DNA of 64,000 bases. Origin: Eledone cirrhosa. Its lineage: Eukaryota. The first letter of the stretch is position 1. Each line of letters opens with the position of its first letter. Both the position numbers and the translations under genes were made by a program. Positions 56,043 through 64,000 of the stretch are shown piece after piece. Location of the stretch: NCBI GenBank assembly GCA_964016885.1, contig OZ024746.1, positions 11,098,001 through 11,162,000 of the forward strand. Reading direction: 5' to 3'. Below the pieces are notes generated by a model. The model ran no database searches and was not told the origin of the DNA. It saw only the letters and a program-made list of their open reading frames with translations.

Positions 56043-56294
56043 GTACATATATGCATATACGAGGAGGAAGAGGAAAAGGGGAGGAGGAGGAGAGAAGTAG
56101 GGGAAGAGGGGGAGGAAGAGGATATAAATATAAAATGAAATTCTAAATTATATTTATTTTCGATTAACTCTGGATTTAGCGAGAAAGTATTTTCCAATTT
56201 TCTCATTTCAACTAAAATACCAAATTTAATTGTTATTCTCGCTCTTATACACTTTCCATGTTTATACACTTCGTTATTTGGGGGGGGGGGGTAT

Positions 56295-56331
<37 letters not shown>

Positions 56332-56469
56332 AGTGTGTGTGTATATATATATATATATACATATAAGTGTGTGCGTGTGTCCGTATGCGATGCCACTCTC
56401 AAGAGCGTGAAACTAATAAACCTTTGTTCGTACTGCCTCTCTGTTTTGTTCCCGTTCAATTTTTTACTA

Positions 56470-56757
<288 letters not shown>

Positions 56758-57253
56758 TATTTATACGTAAATTTGAATATTACGACCAGAACTCTTTCGA
56801 TCAAAAATAAATATTCTCGATCAGAGTTGACTTGGAGTTAACTAAGAACCACAATTCTCATCCAAAAGCTAGGCTCCCGAGATAACAGGGCTCGAATATA
56901 AATTCAGCTCTGAATAATCCACAAAACACAAGCCCTGTCTACGTTACCAGTTCTGTTAAGATATGTAAGATAGTGCTACTGCTATACATAAACTGGCAGA
57001 AATAAAATGGAATTCAGTTGAGCATTGACTCACCAATACACTTCTTAACACACTAGCTCTACCTGATCACTCATCCTGCTAGAAATAACAGCCAAATATC
57101 CCTCCAAACCTACCTTAAGTTAGGAACTGTCACACATTTGAAAATGGAGTCATAAATACGAGTAAAGAAAAAGAAGGGATAATCATGGAGGGAATGTATA
57201 ATATTGATTACCTGGGGCTAAATAACAATAATACAGAGCTGACCTGGAGTTAG

Positions 57254-57305
<52 letters not shown>

Positions 57306-57938
57306 AGTCGGTAACGAGAACGAGTTCTATGCTCTTCGTGATTCTTCTGGCGTTTCTTCAACAGTTCGTCTTACCCTAGATTGGCAAGCAGTCTACAATC
57401 ACTCTCCAAGACTACTCACTACACATACTTATCATCTTCCTGCCAGCGCAATTGGCGCCTCAGTTCCTACGCGCTGTGCTAAACACTTCTTCCAGATTTC
57501 TTACTACACCCGCCTGAAACTTTCTTCCCCAGTAACAATTTATTTTCTACAAGTAACTCAAGTCCAAGTTTAACATTAATCATATCTAAATATGTTCAAT
57601 ATTCCGCGGATGTCAATTTTACCTTTCATCCTTCTGGAAGTCGATAAAATAAAGTACCAGTCAAGTAATGGAATCTTAGATGTGACTTGTGGAATTATGG
57701 TATAAGACAACAACGCCTCACTAATCTAGGAAAAAACCCATGCAAACATACATATTTTCTATGACAACTGAAATTGAAAACATTCTTTAGTGATTTTAGT
57801 CTGTACAACAAACTATATATGCTAAACATCTCAAGAAAACGAGCTGCCGAGGGAATCTCCATGTGGTCAATTGACCCGGTAGAATTTACACTAAATTTCT
57901 TTTAAATCATACAGCGCCATCTTGAAAAGGGAGAAATA

Positions 57939-58913
57939 TCTATATATATAAAACTGTGGTTGTCTGTCTGTCTATCGATTTTTGGCACACATCTCCTCTT
58001 AGAATCTCTGACGGAATTGCACCGAAATTGCTATACTTGTACATTGAGCCCTAGCAAAGACATCGGAAAAAAAAAATTTCAAATTGACCCCCCCCCCCCC
58101 TATGTGACGAAATCGAATATAATGTATCGATTTTTGAGCGTAAGTTATCAGTTATTTCCCTTTGTTCTGTTTACATTGAGCGTCTTACGTAAAAAATTAC
58201 GCTGGCTTTCTCAGCGTTTAAAATGACATTAACACAATACACGAACAGTTGTCGAGCCAGCAAAATATTGACCTGCAAAATTCATCAGTTCGAACACTAA
58301 GCTTCCGTTTTGCTTCATTTCCATTTAAAAGCATTTTAAAACAATATTTTTACTTGAAAACAAGTCTATTTAAAGACTACGTAAAACAAGCAAATATTTC
58401 GTCGTTAGGCGTGCAGACAGACAGTCGTGCAGAGAGGTGATATACGCGTGCAGACAGATAGTCGTGCAGAGAGGTGATATAGGCGTGCAGACAGACAGTC
58501 GTGCAGAGAGGTGATATAGGCGTGCAGACAGACAGTCGTGCAGAGAGGTGATATAGGCGTGCAGACAGACAGTCGTGCAGAGAGGTGATATAGGCGTGCA
58601 GACAGACATAACTGATAATTTGGTTACGCTAATGTTTTTCTCTGCGTTACAGTGTTTACATTTTCGATCTTTGTTAATAAATAACCAGTGCAGTTTCTAT
58701 CCCCAGCATCCTCTTTTGTTATAACATTCGGGTTATCGTTATGTTTTCTTAACTTCATAAGGCATATTGTTGGTTGAGAGAATATTAATCAAAAACACCA
58801 CATGCAAGTCTGCACAGTAGACACTACAGTTTTTAAGCCAAGAAAGAAACTTAACATTGTAACTTTAACACAGCTACTGAGCGACCCCGAGCAACGCCGG
58901 GCTTTACTGCTAG
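57939..58913 (+). mobile_element. Non-autonomous Helitron
   Basis: 5' TC after A (tctatatatataaaa), 3' hairpin cccgagcaacgccggg followed by CTAG then T, and an internal tandem repeat. Confidence 0.8.
58406..58607. repeat. 37-bp minisatellite (~5.4 copies) inside the Helitron
   Basis: Unit taggcgtgcagacagacagtcgtgcagagaggtgata. Confidence 0.95.
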
Positions 58914-60237
58914 TATTGTATAATACAGTTCCAGATATAAATTGCTTGTGAAGAGAACGAGGTGGTCAGAGCTGAAGTAGCTTTGATCATAAGTTTGCTC
59001 AATCAGGACTGTCCTGGGGCTAAACAATAACAAAGCATTGCTCAGAATAATACATAGTTATACGTTCTAACTTCAAATGAAAGGTTTAACAACCTCTATC
59101 TGATGATGACAACACGTAAAAACTATGTAAATTTAAATAACGTAATGGCTTCATGAGTTCCGTGTGAATTTTAAGCTTAACTTGGTTACATAGAGCAAAA
59201 TTAGTGAGAGATAAATATTCCCTTAAATACTGTCATATGGCATATAGCATTCTAAAATTATCTAACATCTATTCCCACCAATTATGTGAACTTAGGCAAT
59301 GTGAAACTAAATGTTCTATCCAGAAAGACAATTAAATGCCCGTAGAGAGGTGGACTTCTAGTCCATTATTTTAACTTATCGTTTACCTCGCTCTAATTCA
59401 CACATGACATTGCAACACAAAGTCTGACTTTTTTATTCAATTTGTTCTATCTCATGTGAATAATGAGCTTTTTCTGTGTTCTGTGCTCTTTTCTCTCTTA
59501 ACACTGTATTGACGGGATTTAAGAGCAAAACTACACAATGTATGCGAGTGGGTGTGTGGGTGTTTACAGCCATAAGAATACTATTGTATACCAATGTTTA
59601 TATACTTATGTAAGCATATGTATGTTTGTCTCTTCCACAACAACCAAATCACCAAAAATGCCCCAAAATTGACATTTGTCCAAAAGAATTAGTAGCTAAT
59701 ATGCACAAAGGTGAGGAATTTTATATTTATGGTTAAACCAGAAGAAAGCATTTTGCAGTACCTTCCAATAAAGACTTCAATGACTCTGCCAATTTGCAGA
59801 CCCAATTGGGGCTCTTTGTGTAAATGTTCTTCATACAAAAATCACCCAACTCTTGTAAATTAATTGACAATCTGTGGATATGCTTGTTTGAACTATACAG
59901 CTATAGATATAGTAGCACTCATATCATAAACAGATTCAATGTTTTAGGAGCAAGATAAACAATTTCCTTTCAACATTTTTGGTTAATGTATTGCATTTAT
60001 AGACCACCTCACTTAACTCCCGATGGTCCAGTCTACTTAATTGTAAATATATGCTACAGAATGAAATGGGTTAAAACTGCGAACGTTGCTAATATTAACT
60101 GCCAGTAGATAAATAATGCAGCTCCTGCTGTTGAATTAGTCCATGACATTTGAAACGTATTATCATAAAAATCGAAGTACATTATATATTGTAGAATGTG
60201 AGAGAATGTAGGAAACTAATATGTGGGAAACACATAT

Positions 60238-60510
60238 GAAGTCATGTAGCTTAGTGGTTAGAGCGTCAGATTCACAATCTTGAGGTTGTCAGTTCGAATC
60301 CCGGACTGGGTGATGTGTTGTGTTCTTGAGCAAGATACTTTATTTTACTTTGCTCGAAGTTACTCAGCTGTAGAAATGTGTTGCGACCTCAATCGTGATA
60401 AGCTGTATCGGCCATTGCCTTTCTCTTTGACAACATCGGTGGCGTGGAGAGGGGGGGACTGGTATACATGGGTGACTGCTGGTCTGTCACAAACGATCTT
60501 GCCCGGACTT
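60238..60510 (+). mobile_element. Older tRNA-headed CORE-type SINE; relatives at ~5222-5328 (-) and ~53620-53730 (-)
   Basis: tagcttagtggttagagc...gttcgaatccc head followed by a CORE-like tgtgttcttgagcaagatactt. Confidence 0.65.
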
Positions 60511-60993
60511 GTGCCTCGGAAGGGAAAAAAGATATGTATAGATGCATAAATATATCACTACATATATACATGTGTATGTGTGTGTATGCATGTATGTATG
60601 TAAGAGTGTATGTCTGTGTATGTATGTATATATGTATGCATATGTGTATGTATCCATGTATGTATGTATATATGTATGTGTGTTCATGCATGTGTATGTA
60701 TATGCGCGGGGACATAGAAATAGTCGGGCTGGACACCCGATCGCGCGGTTAAACCACTGGGAGTGAAGGACCCCTAGCCTTTGTCAGGGAATACTTCTAG
60801 GAGAAGGCAACTCAGGAAACTGGGATAACTCCGACATAAAACCTGCGGCTCAGTAGTTACCGATGATGTTGATCTTTTCTTCTTTTCGGGTTATAGCTAC
60901 TGTCGCTCAGAGAGTGGGATTGGCTCAGTGCACAGTCTTTCCTCACTTTAAAAAATATCTTCACGCACAGGCATTGCACGATAGAATTAGTTA

Positions 60994-61182
60994 ATAATTG
61001 TTCCTACTTTTGGCACAAGGCCAGCAATTACCCAGTGGATTACTGGTACTTTATTTTATCGACCCCGTAAGGATGAAAGGCAAAGTTAACCTCGGCGGGA
61101 TTTGAACTCAGAATGGCAAGGGCCGTAACTCTATGCGTCAAAGCATGGCGTCCGACCCTCTACTGATACTGCCAATCCACCA
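60994..61182 (-). mobile_element. tRNA-derived SINE inserted in an older repeat (~60700-61240)
   Basis: Family consensus. The host repeat shares taaaacctg and tttcctcacttaaaaaaa motifs with ~17230-17750. Confidence 0.85.
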
Positions 61183-61658
61183 ATGATTAATAATGGTATA
61201 TCGTGCAATGGCCTTACTCGATAACGAGAGGGCAGCCATCATGTGTGTTCATGCATGAATGGATGCCGTATACCATACACTGGTATGATTAAACAAACAA
61301 AAGTCCTATGAAGTATATGTATGAGCGTGTCAGTATACGTGTGTGTGTGTATGTCTGTGTGTGTGTCTGTATACGTATGTGAGTATGTGTGTGTGTCTGT
61401 ATACGTGTGTATGTATGTCTGTGTATGTGTCAGTATACGTATGTATGTATGTCTGTGAGTGTGTCTGTATAAGTATGTATGTCTGTCTGTGTGTGTGTCT
61501 GTATAAGTATGTATGTATGTATGTGTGTGTGCCTGTACGTAAGTGTTCTAACACAAACAATTATTTCAATAAATGTGTTCTGTATGTGTTACATGGCACC
61601 TAAGTTCAAGTATGCACATCTCTCTCTCTATATATATATATCCTCTCTCTCTCCCTCT

Positions 61659-61733
<75 letters not shown>

Positions 61734-61886
61734 TCTCTCTCACTCCCTCTCTCTCTCTCCCATCTCAGTAAATATATACAAGAGAATACTTTCAGTTGGT
61801 CAGAAAAAATCATAAATATTCTGTCTTAGTTTGTCTCTCGTTCTGCATACACATAAGTAGTTCTCTGTCTATATATACATAACATA

Positions 61887-61963
<77 letters not shown>

Positions 61964-62337
61964 GCACACACACACACACACGTATATATATATATATATA
62001 TATAAATGGAATAGAATGAAACGAAATTTCATTTCTCACTCTTACTACGGCACTTACTTAAATGTAAGTATGTATGTATGTATGTATACGTACATACATA
62101 TATGTATACAGACGTACAGTAGTATGTATATATATACATACATGTACACATATATATATATGCACGTATCGGTTTACCGAATATTTATTATAATGCTCGG
62201 TTTGTTTGTTTGTAAACAAACAAACAGCCCGAATTACGCCGTACAGTGTTTAGGCAACCATTTGCATATGCAAATTAGGCTGCTCAGCCGTTAATATGCA
62301 TAAGGAAAGTATATACTTTCAGACGTTCAACCATCTG

Positions 62338-62398
62338 GCAGGAAGGTATACGATGCTGACGATAGCTAATAAGCTTGAAACTAGTACATCGTTCCTGT
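62338..62398 (+). ncRNA. Type I hammerhead ribozyme with a bulged stem I
   Basis: GCAGGA aggtat ACGATG CTGACGA tAGCT aata AGCTt GAAA CTAG TA CATCGT TCCTGT. GUA triplet. Confidence 0.85.
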
Positions 62399-62521
62399 GT
62401 CAGTGTTGAACAAAAAGGTGACGTGGTTGCCTAAACACTCTACGGCGTATATACATATATATAACATACATATATATATATATATAATTATTTCATTTAC
62501 CAGTGGTTTCTTGAAAGCAGA

Positions 62522-62568
62522 TATATCTGTTTTCAGTCGTCAGAATCTGACGACTGAAAACAGATATA
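62522..62568. repeat. Perfect 23-bp palindrome with a 1-nt spacer
   Basis: tatatctgttttcagtcgtcaga A tctgacgactgaaaacagatata. Confidence 0.95.
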
Positions 62569-63052
62569 ATATCTGTATATATATATATACAATGATATTA
62601 AATAAATGGAAACTATATTTATAAAACCATATTTATTCTATTATATATATTTCAAGGGTACCAAAACTTTGGTACACTCTCATCAGATAAAATACAAAGT
62701 TTGTTTTATAAATTTTGACATAACCAAGAAAAATACCTTAACGGTTCAAGTTTTTCTATATATATATATAATGTGTGTCTGTGTGTGTGTGAACGTGTGA
62801 TTTGTGTGTGTGTGCGTGTGAACGTGTGTGTGTGCGTGTGAAAGTGTGGTGTGTCTGTGTGAACGTGTGGTGAGTGTGTGATTGAAAGTGTGGTGTGTGT
62901 GTGAACGTGTGGTGTGTGTGTGTGTACATAGATAAATATAAGAAAATTGTGGCCGCTGTGTTTCTGGTGGAGAGGAGTGTGAGGCTGTAAAGTAGCAATA
63001 GGGGAGGAGGAGGGAAACATTACCGAAACATTACTGAATGAAGGGGGGGGGG

Positions 63053-63115
<63 letters not shown>

Positions 63116-63163
63116 AGGGTAGAGAGAAAGAAAGTGAGAGAAAGAGAGAGTGGGAGAAAGAGA

Positions 63164-63224
<61 letters not shown>

Positions 63225-63541
63225 ATAAAAAAGTGTGTAAAATGTTGGGTGGAGAGAGAGTTTAGTAACATTTGGAGTTTTGACTCAACAAACAAAGGCT
63301 GGGAGAGGATGTTATGAAGTAGGAAACAAAACAAAAAAAAACAACGTAGACACCAGGTTTAAAATGATCAACTTCCTGTCCCCTCCTTGCTGACTTCTGG
63401 GTGACGATCAAGTGCCAAAAATACCAACTTCCGCTTCCTTACATTCAACTTCAAGTGGAAACTTTATTCTCAACATAGTTTTTTTTCTCTCTTTTTTATA
63501 TGTTTAGATGTTTTCTCAAAATATGTTTTTATATGTTTCTG

Positions 63542-63615
<74 letters not shown>

Positions 63616-63880
63616 CAGACATACAGAAACACACATATATATATATAATATATATATACAGATTAGAGCAAACATCACAGACGCTCTATCTCAAAATTAT
63701 TTTTGAAAAGCATTAGAAATGCGCAACCGATAAAACTTAAAACCAAAACTGAATACTAACCAATACTATTACTTATTCTCACTTATTCCTAATTAAACTA
63801 TTTTTCACTGTGAACAATTTGTCAGCATTTTCTTTTCCGTTTACCAATATATCTTAACTTGTGTGTTACACCTCTATTCT

Positions 63881-63942
<62 letters not shown>

Positions 63943-64000
63943 TCAGCAAGAATCGTATTTCGGCGGGTAGAAAAAGCGAAACGAAACGCAAAATCGTAGT

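Noticed and set aside
60238-60312. Possible tRNA gene
   Set aside because: The acceptor stem does not pair and the sequence continues into a CORE-like SINE body.

Overview
AT-rich, microsatellite-saturated animal genomic DNA. The repeat landscape suggests a cephalopod such as octopus, but that is inference. The only host gene I can support is a + strand caveolin-family gene, with coding exons at 29456-29533 and 34834-35097; its first exon was not located. The rest is repeats: more than 20 copies of one tRNA-derived SINE, CORE-type SINEs, 3' fragments of RTE, R4/Dong, CRE-like and Tx1-like LINEs, a hAT MITE, mariner-type MITEs, a non-autonomous Helitron, and mini- and microsatellites. The most notable hidden structure is a set of type I hammerhead ribozyme (HHR) motifs folded by eye: eight recognisable full motifs, one half motif and several degenerate ones. 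They have palindromic stem III and sit in elements embedded in or next to (TA)n tracts. One is carried once per unit by a near-perfect 591-bp tandem repeat and has the compensatory U3-A8 core. Two other elements are a monomer plus a terminal direct repeat (531 and 651 bp periods). Together these look like a Penelope-dependent, retrozyme-like system that could yield self-cleaved or circular RNAs. All folds are manual and none has been tested.
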